IMG/VR virus record: IMGVR_UViG_3300045919_000635
Span: 3,186-67,185 of that record
Reading direction: 5' to 3' (one strand)
DNA from: a virus
DNA: 64,000 nucleotides
In this document: positions 19,586-29,578 of the stretch, piece by piece
Layout of the letters: each line of letters starts with the position of its first letter
Numbering within the stretch: the first letter of the stretch is position 1
Program-made: the position numbers and the translations under genes
Notes under the pieces: model-generated
Databases searched by the model: none
Seen by the model: the letters and a program-made list of their open reading frames with translations, nothing else
Told to the model about the DNA's origin: nothing

Positions 19586-19912
19586 ATGGCTCATGATGCT
19601 GAGTATCACGAAAAACTATCTAATGCCACAGCTAAAGGCGTAGATGCTTTAACCGCAATAAGAGAATATATCAGTTGTTTGATGTTATTAGGAAACGATA
19701 TTTCTGTAACATCAATTGCTCCAATACTCAACGGGATTACATTAATTCAAGATTTAAACGGGTCGCTAGAAACTCTATTACGGTTTAAGCGCGAACAACT
19801 TAATATTAAGGAATCATGGCAACTAAACGCACCCACTCATTCACAAAACGCACCACAGGCGGGGATACCGATATATATAGAAAAGAGCGAATTAAAGCCC
19901 TTGAATCCTTAA
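19586..19912 (+). CDS. Hypothetical protein
   Basis: 108-aa ORF. Confidence 0.5.
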   Translation: MAHDAEYHEKLSNATAKGVDALTAIREYISCLMLLGNDISVTSIAPILNGITLIQDLNGSLETLLRFKREQLNIKESWQLNAPTHSQNAPQAGIPIYIEKSELKPLNP

Positions 19913-19966
19913 AGCGATCGCTCTCCACCGAAGAAATCGAAGAACTTCGCAAACTCTTACAAAACG

Positions 19967-20179
19967 ATGGAAACTCAGCCGATTAATTCCACAACAATCA
20001 AATCAGTCACGTATAACGAATTAGACCAAATCTGCCAAATCAACTTTCTCGATGGGGGAGTTTATTGGTATTTTGGCGTACCCCAAGATATTTATGATGA
20101 CTTCCTTAAAGCTAAATCAAAGGGTCAATATTTAACTCAAATTATCAAGCCAAGATATCAGGTGCAAAAAATTGGGTAA
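19967..20179 (+). CDS. KTSC domain protein
   Basis: NSTTIKSVTY....I.F.DGGVY.YFGVP..Y..F.KA.SKGQY...IK..Y. Confidence 0.9.
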   Translation: METQPINSTTIKSVTYNELDQICQINFLDGGVYWYFGVPQDIYDDFLKAKSKGQYLTQIIKPRYQVQKIG

Positions 20180-20374
20180 AGTTCTTAGCCTGGAAAACGG
20201 TAGTAAAAGCACCAAAGTGTTTTTGGTGTATTATGCTACTGACACTTATATTGCTGTTAACGTAACTGGCTTATCCAAGTCGGATGCGATCGCGCGTCTC
20301 CCGTCTCCCACACCAAATTTTGTCTATCAATCAGCTCGTAGTAGTGTGAATGCGATCGCACTGGTAAAAGAAAC

Positions 20375-20746
20375 TCAAGCTGAATCACTGCTTTCCAGCC
20401 CTTTGTAGTGTGGTGGTAATTGAGCTTCAACCGCACGTTCTGATATCTTCTTGACTTTCTTGCTGAATACCGCTTTCAATTCACTGCCATCTAAAAAGCC
20501 AATTCTGATTTCTGTCGGCATAGTGAATTTCTTTTCTCGCAGCATCTTTGTGATTTCATCAACCCTAGCCGGGGAGATGCCTAAAACAATAATTACCGCT
20601 GTTAGAAATCTTTTGTCTTGATGTGATCGCAAAACCTTATCTATATAGATACTGAGATTATTATCTTTAAGATGCCCCCATTGGCGATCGCACTCCTGGT
20701 TGATCTCCATAATAAATTTAGCTTCGACTAGCCCATCTTCCTTCAC
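20375..20746 (-). CDS. Hypothetical protein
   Basis: 123-aa ORF at the end of the minus-strand structural operon. Confidence 0.5.
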   Translation of the reverse strand: MKEDGLVEAKFIMEINQECDRQWGHLKDNNLSIYIDKVLRSHQDKRFLTAVIIVLGISPARVDEITKMLREKKFTMPTEIRIGFLDGSELKAVFSKKVKKISERAVEAQLPPHYKGLESSDSA

Positions 20747-21354
20747 CTTAACCCCCTTGACGCTAGCGCGGCTGATTGCGATCTATATAAGTTTTGTTGG
20801 TCAAACCCGTGCTGCTGCATCAGCTGCTGAGAAGTTAATTGAGCGTTTAACCTTCCCGTCGTCGCATTTTGGCGACGGTCTTCTAAGCCAAATTGCCCTT
20901 GGATTTGTTGATCAGCTAATTTGGTGTTTCGCCCAAAATCAGCCTGCGATTCATCTTCTCTTAGTCCGCGTGAAAATGTCGCTTGCTGCTGATCTAAACC
21001 TAGTCTGAATTTAGCCAAATCCTTTGATTGGTCAACAAGGCTTGAAAGGCTCCCGTCAGTGCCAAATAAGCTATTTGAACCAGAACCAAACAAACTGCTA
21101 GAACTATTGCTAGAACTATTGCTTGTACCCCCGCTACCGGATGCACCCGCATCCCCGCTGCCGGATGCCAAATAATCAATCCTATTACTACCTGAATCTC
21201 TAACATTGGCAGTTCCGCCAGTCCCGTCAACTCCACTCCAGCTATACCAACCTTTTCCTTGTTTAATGGCTTGGTCTTTAGCTTGTTGCTCACGCTGATT
21301 ATTTAATTCATTATTTCTTAGTTGCTGTTGCCATTGCTCATCAGTGACTGCCAT
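20743..21354 (-). CDS. Putative internal virion/ejection protein (Q/S/G-rich)
   Basis: Low-complexity G/S linker and Q-rich helical C-terminus within the head operon. Confidence 0.55.
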   Translation of the reverse strand: MAVTDEQWQQQLRNNELNNQREQQAKDQAIKQGKGWYSWSGVDGTGGTANVRDSGSNRIDYLASGSGDAGASGSGGTSNSSSNSSSSLFGSGSNSLFGTDGSLSSLVDQSKDLAKFRLGLDQQQATFSRGLREDESQADFGRNTKLADQQIQGQFGLEDRRQNATTGRLNAQLTSQQLMQQHGFDQQNLYRSQSAALASRGLR

Positions 21355-21357
21355 AAA

Positions 21358-22002
21358 TTAATTCCAATATCTATAATTTGCACTACCACTACCAACCGAA
21401 CCAAATAAAGAGCCTAAAATAGACCCCTGTGCCCCAATTCCCGCCGCTGTAATACGAGCATTTGCATCAATTGATGCTAGCTTCTCAGCATTAGATTGCT
21501 GTGCCCTAGCGAGCGCAGATTGATTTTGATAATCAGTTCCTGCTAGTAGTTGCTGATTGTATCTAGCATGATCGGCAGCTGATAGCTGATGCTGAAATTG
21601 CTGATTTCGTACAGTATCATCATGTTCTTCTTTTTCTATATCAACAAAATCCCTACCAGCGATATCACGTTTTGTCGTATCGACACTATACGCATAGCTA
21701 GGTATTTGTGAGTTTTGTAAAGCAGCGGTTGTATTAACTTTGCTTTGATAATCGGTCTGTGCTTTTTGCGAGTAAGCATCACTTGCTAATTTTGCTCCTT
21801 CACGAGCTGCACTTAATTGAGTTGAATAACTGTTATTGCTCGCATTTTGCGCCGCTTGATTTTGTGCGCTTAAATTTTCAGCAACCGTTGGGGATGATGG
21901 CACACTAGGAGCATCAAAAGAATATTTATTTGAGCCACCAAAAGCCGAAGTAACGAAATCCTGTAAATCCTTTGCCGTACTGCCAAATAAACTATCTGCC
22001 AT
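21358..22002 (-). CDS. Putative internal virion/ejection (pilot-like) protein
   Basis: A/Q/S-rich helices and a GSILGSLFG glycine-rich tail. Likely start is MADSLFG. Confidence 0.55.
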   Translation of the reverse strand: MADSLFGSTAKDLQDFVTSAFGGSNKYSFDAPSVPSSPTVAENLSAQNQAAQNASNNSYSTQLSAAREGAKLASDAYSQKAQTDYQSKVNTTAALQNSQIPSYAYSVDTTKRDIAGRDFVDIEKEEHDDTVRNQQFQHQLSAADHARYNQQLLAGTDYQNQSALARAQQSNAEKLASIDANARITAAGIGAQGSILGSLFGSVGSGSANYRYWN

Positions 22003-22003
22003 A

Positions 22004-22483
22004 CTATATTTGCTCAACTTTAATTTTGAAAGTAAGCTCAAACACCAATGGAATTACAATTGGTTGGACTTGTGTATTTTGGGATGCGGGTAAAGCTACT
22101 GAGTACGATTGAGGAAGCGATACTCCTGCGGAGTCACTTCGTGAACGCGCTTCTGTGTTTGGGTTTTGTGCATACCCACCATTACCTTGCATCTGGCTTT
22201 TGAATGCGATCGCATTCTGTAAAGCTTGCAATAATTCCATCTGTGGCATCGAAGGTAGATTATGAAATTCCCGTGGTTGCGGAGTTGGGTTATTTTGCTG
22301 CATCACGGGTGGTGGCTGCATAGGTCGATTTGTATCCCCCGGTGACATGGGTACTTGGGTAGGATCAATAAAACCCGGATAAGCTTGATTTAACCAAGCA
22401 TCGCCTAAGTCACCGCTTTGGACATTTGGGTTATACCTTGGTTGCCCCGGTATTATATGAGAATTAGGATTGTCTTGATTCAC
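22004..22483 (-). CDS. P/Q-rich hypothetical protein
   Basis: 159-aa ORF in the operon. Confidence 0.5.
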   Translation of the reverse strand: MNQDNPNSHIIPGQPRYNPNVQSGDLGDAWLNQAYPGFIDPTQVPMSPGDTNRPMQPPPVMQQNNPTPQPREFHNLPSMPQMELLQALQNAIAFKSQMQGNGGYAQNPNTEARSRSDSAGVSLPQSYSVALPASQNTQVQPIVIPLVFELTFKIKVEQI

Positions 22484-22785
22484 GAAAAATCATCCCCTAG
22501 AGACGACGGATTTTGTAGCTTTGTTATAACTCTATCTTGTTGGGGATTCAGTAGGGGTGGCACCGGTAAATCTGTCGGCAACCCATCCGGGAACGCCAAA
22601 TCTATTTCTTTCCTAGTTCTTAACACTGCCATTTCATGTATACAGTATCCGCCTACTGATTTTATCCCCGTAAATCCACTGCTCCAATCGCTTCTATATT
22701 GTTCAGATAATGCAGATGCTCCTGCGATCGCACCACGAGATGCGATCGCATCGGGGCAGTTGCATTTGGGGGGTCGAAAAGCCAT
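22480..22785 (-). CDS. SWIM-type zinc-finger protein
   Basis: CNCPD...YCIHEMAV (CxC-xn-CxH). Confidence 0.7.
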   Translation of the reverse strand: MAFRPPKCNCPDAIASRGAIAGASALSEQYRSDWSSGFTGIKSVGGYCIHEMAVLRTRKEIDLAFPDGLPTDLPVPPLLNPQQDRVITKLQNPSSLGDDFS

Positions 22786-23018
22786 AAAAGTTATTCTTCA
22801 AAGTGTTCAATCTTCAGTAATTTGCCGTTTACAAATTCCCATCGGCTTACTAAGTGTGCGTAGTCTGACCCTGGCGAAGTGTAAATTTTGATTTTGTCTT
22901 CTTCAATTTCAAAGTTTTGATTACTGGCTTGAAGCATGGAAATAATTTGTTCTTTATCAGAAAAAGATTTGCTCATGGTTTATTATTCTTAAAAATATAC
23001 CTTTATTAATATTTTGAC

Positions 23019-23399
23019 ATGGATGCTAACATTATTAATTCTCAATCCCAAATTATCGTTACGCTGCAAGAAAAATTAGTGGAAGCGATCGCCAAAGGGG
23101 ATTGGAGCGCAACAGACAATTGGGGGAAATACCTATATAATGCGGTATTAGTTTACGGTAATCTCGCCCAGGAAAACTTTATGACATTAAAAGAAAATAT
23201 CGAATATCTCGCTAAAGCGATCGCCGACAAAGATGCTCTGATTGCCAACCTTCGGACAGAAAACACCAACCTCAAAACAGAGAATGAACTGCTGAAATCG
23301 GATGATGCTACCGATAAAACTCAAATTTTAGATTTTGCAGAAGGGCAAAAAGCAGCAGAAGCGCTAGTTGTTAGCCTGCAATCTATCCAACCAGGTTAG
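23019..23399 (+). CDS. Coiled-coil hypothetical protein (counter-oriented moron)
   Basis: 126 aa, followed by a hairpin at 23405-23436. Confidence 0.55.
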   Translation: MDANIINSQSQIIVTLQEKLVEAIAKGDWSATDNWGKYLYNAVLVYGNLAQENFMTLKENIEYLAKAIADKDALIANLRTENTNLKTENELLKSDDATDKTQILDFAEGQKAAEALVVSLQSIQPG

Positions 23400-23503
23400 T
23401 TAGTTCCCGCCGACTAGCATTTAACTAGTTAGCGGGTTTATTCGGATTTTAAACGTAGAGCTTTAGTAACGTGTAATAATTCTACCATGTATGAATAATA
23501 GTT

Positions 23504-23926
23504 ATGCCAAAGTATTACGATTCTCCAGACCAGATAAGGGAAACACTTGGTTTAAAACCTTGGGATGAGTTTAAGAAAAAGATTAAGGATGATACAAGTA
23601 ACCTTGGAATCAGTTCCATTCCCCGTGAGTTTATAGATAAAAATAGGCGCACTGGGCGAACAACTAAAATGCTTGTAGATGCAGTATACGAGGCTCAATC
23701 AAAGATAGTTGCCATCTCAGCGTATAATGAAAAATATGAAAAAAGCTTAGTCTCACAAGCCAGATTAATGTGCGATAGAGTGGGAATTACGAGAGACAAT
23801 ATCCACTCTTATCAAGAAGCAAAACGAAATAATGTAAGAGAGTTTAGTTTATTTTCTGACCATTATTCAGGGATGCCACAGGGTGACATTCCCATACAGT
23901 CTAGTATTCTCCACCGTATAGCGTGA
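23504..23926 (+). CDS. Small protein with degenerate P-loop
   Basis: RRTGRTTKML resembles a Walker A motif. Confidence 0.5.
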   Translation: MPKYYDSPDQIRETLGLKPWDEFKKKIKDDTSNLGISSIPREFIDKNRRTGRTTKMLVDAVYEAQSKIVAISAYNEKYEKSLVSQARLMCDRVGITRDNIHSYQEAKRNNVREFSLFSDHYSGMPQGDIPIQSSILHRIA

Positions 23927-24389
23927 CATGAATGGGGGATGCGATCGCCGTCGTCAACGCAAACCCCCACTGAATCGGACGCAAAGTAGAATTTATCCGC
24001 AGTCCTTGAAAGCTTGACAAGTCACCATTTTGAGGCACGGGAAACAAGATATCTTTCAACGGCATTTTATAACTTGGTAGTTCAACCGCTGCATCATAAC
24101 TAGCCGCCGCGATCGCTCTAGATGCAGCCTTCCTCCACTTGGGCGATGTCTCATCTAATAACTGATAAAACATCATTACAGTGGTAGCCACAATCGTCCC
24201 TGTCAGTTGTAAATCAATCATTTCGACTAATGCCCCATTCCCTTGGCTATAAGTATCACTGGTGCTGTATGCAATTACAGGAGTAGTGCCAGGGGTTGAA
24301 GGGGTGCAAACTTGGGTTGTTAAATCAACAACTCCCAATATCCCCATTGTTTGCATGAATGCGGGGGAGGTGTTTGGTGCATCAGACAT
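23901..24389 (-). CDS. Putative structural protein
   Basis: Beta-rich 162 aa ending YGGEY, in the head operon, with GGAG RBS. Confidence 0.55.
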   Translation of the reverse strand: MSDAPNTSPAFMQTMGILGVVDLTTQVCTPSTPGTTPVIAYSTSDTYSQGNGALVEMIDLQLTGTIVATTVMMFYQLLDETSPKWRKAASRAIAAASYDAAVELPSYKMPLKDILFPVPQNGDLSSFQGLRINSTLRPIQWGFALTTAIASPIHVTLYGGEY

Positions 24390-24543
24390 TTATTTCTCCC
24401 AACAAATAAATAGCCCAAACCAAGAAAATTCTATTACCTTGGGCGTTGCTATCATTCGAGGTCGGTATTCTTTATACCAAGAATATCCCTTCATTCCCCA
24501 AGAATTAGCAATATATAGCTTGTTTAAAAACATAATAATTTTT

Positions 24544-25029
24544 CTATGCACAATTTATCGCCATCCAGATGCGATCGCTCACACATGTATCGGCTGCCCC
24601 CGGTGGAGCGAGAACATAGCTATTGCCTAGATTAGCAAACAAGTACGCTGCATCCCCAGGACGGCGCAAATTAGGGACATTTAATTGAAATGCGAGGTCG
24701 TCGCAAGCTTTATAATAAATCTCCCGATTCTTCTTTAAAACATCATCAATTGTTGCTGTGCGAGTTTGCCGATTGACATCCCCTAATATTTGTTGAAACT
24801 GACTAAAAACTAAGGAGTCGGTCGGGTCAGACATCCGAAATAACTTATCACATCTATTTAACAAGTTGATAATAGTGGGACCCGTTTTTCCCCACAGCGA
24901 ATGATTATTCATTATTGAATTAAGATGCGTTTCAAACATTTGGAGTGTCGCAGGGTTGATTCCTCGCGGTCTGTCGTAGCCTAAATGTGATGCAATCCTA
25001 TCTCTAATATCGGTGGGGACTACTGGCAT
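24544..25029 (-). CDS. Putative head-tail adaptor/completion protein
   Basis: Helical 161 aa (DRIASHLGY...) downstream of the capsid genes. Confidence 0.45.
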   Translation of the reverse strand: MPVVPTDIRDRIASHLGYDRPRGINPATLQMFETHLNSIMNNHSLWGKTGPTIINLLNRCDKLFRMSDPTDSLVFSQFQQILGDVNRQTRTATIDDVLKKNREIYYKACDDLAFQLNVPNLRRPGDAAYLFANLGNSYVLAPPGAADTCVSDRIWMAINCA

Positions 25030-25033
25030 AATT

Positions 25034-25744
25034 TCAATGACTAAAATCTAGGGTTTGAGCAAATTCCCGCCAAGGGAAACTCTCGTATGTAATATTCATC
25101 CGCAATACAAAGTTTTCAATTCCCTCATAATTCCCGTGGGAAGATAACCTCTCATCCTCAATAATTTTTGCTAATCCTTTATGACGACTTTTCGCCAAAG
25201 TATCCATTTCTGCCCGGACTTGGGAAGCTGTCTTATCTTGTTGTTTTTCCCAAGGGTAGGAAGAAATAAATTTATCACAAATATGTGCTTTAATTTCTGC
25301 CCAAGTTGCCGTATTAACCCTCAATAAATCGGTAGAAGGTGCATTTATAGGAGCCTGTTCTTTCAATACTAATTCACTTCCCTTTACTTGATAATAGCGG
25401 AAGCTGGCATCCCCCAATCTTGATACTCGATAAAATCCATTAATATCTAAATCCCCCGTTAACCGCACAAAAAACCCTAAGCGATCGCACCAAAACTCGC
25501 GTTTATCATGGGGTTCCCAAGGGGTCAAATTCTCTTCATTGACTACAAGTTCCATCTTTTGTTTATACTCCCCATCAATTAAATAATAAATTGTGTCGCC
25601 AATGTTAACTTTATCATCTAATAAATACCCCTTTTGTTGTAGTAATTTGGTTGCGATCGCATACTCTTCTTGGGCGGGTAAAGGTTCTAGATTTTGACCT
25701 TCACGCCAATTTCTAATATATTTTATCGCCCAAGAAATCATCAT
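25034..25744 (-). CDS. Hypothetical protein with ComEA/HhH-like C-terminal motif
   Basis: LRVNTATWAEI...GLAKIIEDER...GNYEGIENF. Confidence 0.45.
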   Translation of the reverse strand: MMISWAIKYIRNWREGQNLEPLPAQEEYAIATKLLQQKGYLLDDKVNIGDTIYYLIDGEYKQKMELVVNEENLTPWEPHDKREFWCDRLGFFVRLTGDLDINGFYRVSRLGDASFRYYQVKGSELVLKEQAPINAPSTDLLRVNTATWAEIKAHICDKFISSYPWEKQQDKTASQVRAEMDTLAKSRHKGLAKIIEDERLSSHGNYEGIENFVLRMNITYESFPWREFAQTLDFSH

Positions 25745-25867
25745 GAAGTTCGGGGGAAGAGGGAAGGAGGAAGAAGGATGAAATATTTCTCAACCAATAC
25801 GACTCCGCATCGAATTTTCTTTTTTCTTGTCAACCTTCTTCCCTCTTCCATCTTCCTTCTTCCTTCA

Positions 25868-26536
25868 TTAATACCCTGGAAATGGCAAATCAAAATTCCA
25901 AGGCTTAATTCCAGTACCATCTAACCGATAAACCACATGAGCATAGATATAAGCTGTTGCCTTGGCTGAACTCAGCTTAATTCCGGTTCCTACTGCGGTA
26001 TTTCCGGCGTTTGACACAGATATTTGCAAAGTCAACACCGAACCAGAAACCGTTTGCAATAACGAGGGGGATGCAGCATCCACAACTCCCGCACCCCTTT
26101 GCAAAACTGCCCACGAATTAGGAGTATAAAGGCTACTAGCAGCAGTAACCAAAGGAGATGTAACGGTGTGGGTAGTTCCACTACTTGGTGAAACTTTTAA
26201 ATTTTCCCCAGTCGTCCCCACAATTGTACAATTCCTGGGTAAATCAATACCTGGGGTAACATCACTTCCTAACGGCTGCAAGTTTGGTAAGCGAAAATCA
26301 ACTCGTTGAATTTGCGCTCCAATTGGAACAGTTAACGGCACATCTGGATACGTATCTTGAAAGTAAATAGGTTTTGAAACAGATACGTATAAGGGAATAA
26401 CTGTTTGCAAAGTGTCGGTTATCTTGGCTCTAGCCCACTTCCAAACATACCGATTCCCATCGGGGGCAATGATTACTTGCGTATCTGGTTTGTACGGATC
26501 TGGATGAAAAATTACGTTACCAACTGCTAAACTCAT
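25868..26536 (-). CDS. Putative capsid decoration/minor capsid protein
   Basis: T/S/V-rich beta protein directly after the major capsid gene. Confidence 0.5.
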   Translation of the reverse strand: MSLAVGNVIFHPDPYKPDTQVIIAPDGNRYVWKWARAKITDTLQTVIPLYVSVSKPIYFQDTYPDVPLTVPIGAQIQRVDFRLPNLQPLGSDVTPGIDLPRNCTIVGTTGENLKVSPSSGTTHTVTSPLVTAASSLYTPNSWAVLQRGAGVVDAASPSLLQTVSGSVLTLQISVSNAGNTAVGTGIKLSSAKATAYIYAHVVYRLDGTGIKPWNFDLPFPGY

Positions 26537-26588
26537 TTGTTGCGGTTCCTAGAATATTTAATGCGATCGCTCTTATACGAGAATTAAA

Positions 26589-27794
26589 TTAATCTCCATA
26601 AGTCCGCCCAACAATGATGAAATCATCATTCAGCTTGCTTAATCCCATGAAGGCTTGCCAAATCACTATTAAATAGCGCCCGTAGTCATCGTTTAAATTG
26701 CGCTTAATCTTGACTGGAATTCCATCTTGAGAATCCCCGCCAAAAATCTCACCTACCGCATGTTGACCAAAGAAGTAGCCAGGATAAGCAGTTCGCAACT
26801 GACTACCCGTAGGATGGCGTGTGGTGTCAGTAGAGGCAGTATATGTTAGCTGCACTTGCTTCAGGGGGATATTATTTGTTACCCAAATGCGGAATTGATT
26901 GTACACATACCCACCAGGCAACCCATTTTGAGAGGGACCGGGCATTGCCTGATTGTAGTAAGGCAAGAAACCGCCGATATTTGGTTGGGCGATGTAATTC
27001 AAGTCGGCAGGAGGCATGAAGCCGGGTCCGTATAACCACTCCTGGGAGGACATGACCATCGGCACTGAATAATAAGCACTGCTGCTTACCAATTCCCGAA
27101 ACCGGGCATCTTGCCGTAAGTGCGTCCACATTTTCGGGCTAATCAGCGCGTGATACAAATTATCTGGGAATGTGGGCGCTCGATTAATAATTAGCTGTTC
27201 TAATATTATGTCGAGGTCGTTAACGCCAAATTTTGGGGGTCCAGAGGCGTAAGTTCCCCCGTCAAGTACGCCACCAGGATTGTATTTGTTAGTAGAAGAA
27301 TCTAGGGCATTGAGATAAAATCTATCCGTGGTTAACCGGAAATCTTGTAATAGTGTTGTTGCCCCTACACTCGCATGAAATTGCGGTTGCACTAATGGTT
27401 CAGCGTAGCCCATATCCCAGATGAGTCTCTGTTGATACTGCATTGCCGGAATTGAGAAACGGAAGTTTCCGGGTAGCGCTGGATTGTTTGGATCTCCCCC
27501 ACCTGGTCCCGTTATTTCTCGTAAAATAATCGGTATTTTTGACTTAGGAATTTGGCGAGTGTTGGCGGTTCCCAGTATCTCAACTTCGCTACGAGTGCGA
27601 CTTTCTAGATCCATGTCTCCCGTATCTGGCAAATAGCCGAAACGGTCTGCCATGTAGACTTGTCCAGGGCGCATCCTGGGGTCTGCTAAGAAATCTGGCT
27701 GCACTGCCCACCGCGAAATTGTCGCAGCAGTAGGACGGTACAGCATCTCTGAAAGGACGTAAGGATAGTCCGTAAGTGCTAAAGTATTAGACAA
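26589..27794 (-). CDS. Major capsid protein (N4-gp56-like, HK97 fold)
   Basis: About 401 aa from TTG 27794. DYPYVLSEMLYRP start, YHALISP..W.HLRQD, FRIWVTNN, FFGQHAVG, NDDYGRYLI..WQ..G..L. Confidence 0.8.
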   Translation of the reverse strand: MSNTLALTDYPYVLSEMLYRPTAATISRWAVQPDFLADPRMRPGQVYMADRFGYLPDTGDMDLESRTRSEVEILGTANTRQIPKSKIPIILREITGPGGGDPNNPALPGNFRFSIPAMQYQQRLIWDMGYAEPLVQPQFHASVGATTLLQDFRLTTDRFYLNALDSSTNKYNPGGVLDGGTYASGPPKFGVNDLDIILEQLIINRAPTFPDNLYHALISPKMWTHLRQDARFRELVSSSAYYSVPMVMSSQEWLYGPGFMPPADLNYIAQPNIGGFLPYYNQAMPGPSQNGLPGGYVYNQFRIWVTNNIPLKQVQLTYTASTDTTRHPTGSQLRTAYPGYFFGQHAVGEIFGGDSQDGIPVKIKRNLNDDYGRYLIVIWQAFMGLSKLNDDFIIVGRTYGD

Positions 27795-28402
27795 AGTATT
27801 CCCAGATTGATGGACTTCTGGGTAATAGCTTTCAAGACGTGGGAGCGCAATGCATACTTTGCTTCTACGTCTTTTTTTTAATAAAGGAAGGAGTTCGTGG
27901 GAAGAAGGAAGAAGGTTGAAAAGGAAAGAAATAAATAGAGATTTTTCATCCTTCTTCCCTCTTCCTTCGTTCAAAAGATGAGGTATTCGTTGTCATTATA
28001 AAATACGTTTTTAGGGCGTTTACTCGTATTTGTGTTTTTTACATTTATGCAAAGTTAAATACATTAAAAAAATAAAAAACTACCCAAAATTATTTTCAAT
28101 TTGGGCAGCTAATAATTATTAATTGAGGTAGCGCGTTCGCGAAGCGTTGCCGTACTCGGCATCGCATTAATTGAGATGCGATCGCATTGATCCATCCTTA
28201 CGGTAAAGATTTGTTAAGACCAATTGGTCTTAACAATACGCAACAACTCAAGAAAAGCGATGTCGTTCGCGCTTGCGTCCGATCTGCGGAGGCGACAAAG
28301 CTTCTCTTCTCCTGTCGGAGACGCCAAGGGCGAACGAGAGGCACGCGGCTACGCTAACGCACTTCGATTCATGCGATCGCACTCAATCAACAAGAGAAAA
28401 AA

Positions 28403-28810
28403 TTATCTAAACATTCCGGCAGTCGTTTGCATTGCTTGCCCGATTTGGTTGGCGTTTGTACTACGTGCATTACTTAATGCTTGAAGTTGGTTTGCAGCAT
28501 TTTGGGCTGCATTCGCTTGGGCATTTAAAACCATAGCCCGTTGGGTGTTGACATTAGCAGCGGCATTGCCTAATCCAGCCGTCATCCCCTGTACCATACC
28601 GCTTTGATTTATCTGGGATTGGGCAGCCTCATTCGCCATCTGCTGTTGTAATGCCGTTTCTTGCTGAGGTGATAACGTAACACCTTGCTGTTTGAGCATA
28701 TTGTAAGTTTGGGTAGCGCTTAATTGCCCTCCGGCATTATTGCCAGCCATCATTCCCGCTGTCATAGCGTTTGAAGTTTGACCATTCATGGGATTTTGTA
28801 GTGGAAACAT
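28403..28810 (-). CDS. Q/A/N-rich putative ejection protein, paralog 1
   Basis: Shares TLS.Q.ET.L.Q..AN.AAQ and ANxNTQRxMV..AQ...NQL..L..AR.TNA with the next gene. Confidence 0.6.
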   Translation of the reverse strand: MFPLQNPMNGQTSNAMTAGMMAGNNAGGQLSATQTYNMLKQQGVTLSPQQETALQQQMANEAAQSQINQSGMVQGMTAGLGNAAANVNTQRAMVLNAQANAAQNAANQLQALSNARSTNANQIGQAMQTTAGMFR

Positions 28811-28843
28811 GTTTTTCTTCCTTAATTATTTAGCGTTCAACGA

Positions 28844-29305
28844 TTACTTAAATAGTGACGTACTAGCATTTATGGCGTTGCTGATTGCAGCCGCATTGGT
28901 TGCCCTAGCAGCTTGTAAATTATTCAGTTGGTTAGCAACATTGTCGGCGTTGTATTTTTGGGCACTTACAACCATGTTTCTTTGGGTATTTGCGTTAGCG
29001 ATTTCATTATTGAGTGGTGCTACTCGCTGCAATGTATCTAGTTGCAAATCCGCTTGACGTTGAGCCGCGTCATTCGCGTTATTTTGCATTAGCTCGGTTT
29101 CATCCTGGGCGCTGAGAGTTATATTTTTCTTAGCCGCCCACTGCCTAAGAGAGCCTATAGTTAGCTTTGGATTACCGTCTTTGTCGCGGGTTGGATCTTG
29201 TCCATTCCGGGAATTTAGATCAGCGGAATTATTGCCACCCATGAAACTGCCGGCAGCAGCTTGAACACTGCGACCAACAGCCCCGATAGCATCAGGAATA
29301 CTCAT
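28844..29305 (-). CDS. Q/A/N-rich putative ejection protein, paralog 2
   Basis: Same repeated motifs as 28403..28810. Confidence 0.6.
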   Translation of the reverse strand: MSIPDAIGAVGRSVQAAAGSFMGGNNSADLNSRNGQDPTRDKDGNPKLTIGSLRQWAAKKNITLSAQDETELMQNNANDAAQRQADLQLDTLQRVAPLNNEIANANTQRNMVVSAQKYNADNVANQLNNLQAARATNAAAISNAINASTSLFK

Positions 29306-29314
29306 TTTTTACCT

Positions 29315-29578
29315 CTAATAAACGGGACCATTCTGAGTCATCAAAACTACCCGCTGCTGCCCACTCCCATTACTCATGGGTTGCCCACCTTGGGTTTGTC
29401 CCGGTTGAGACTGCCCTCCCCACCGTTGAACATTTTGAACAACCCCAGTTATGCCACCAACCGTCGCGTCTCCTGCACCTTTTCCAATAACATTCCCGAA
29501 CGCCTTAGCAGCTCCTACGGCAAGCCCGGTTACAGCGGCGGGTGCAGCTGCCAACAATAGCGGTAACATTATATCCAT
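29315..29578 (-). CDS. Small G/A-rich hydrophobic protein
   Basis: LLLAAAPAAVTGLAVGAAKAFG segment. Confidence 0.5.
   Translation of the reverse strand: MDIMLPLLLAAAPAAVTGLAVGAAKAFGNVIGKGAGDATVGGITGVVQNVQRWGGQSQPGQTQGGQPMSNGSGQQRVVLMTQNGPVY

Noticed and set aside
23504-23926. Second terminase or functional ATPase
   Set aside because: Only 140 aa, the Walker A lysine is replaced (GRTT), and there is no clear Walker B context.
27795-27974. N-terminal 60 aa of the capsid ORF as given in the track
   Set aside because: It is largely translation of a GA-rich repeat element. Capsid-like sequence begins near TTG 27794.
28224-28484. 86-aa plus-strand ORF
   Set aside because: It consists of SDR-like repeats and is antisense to a structural gene.
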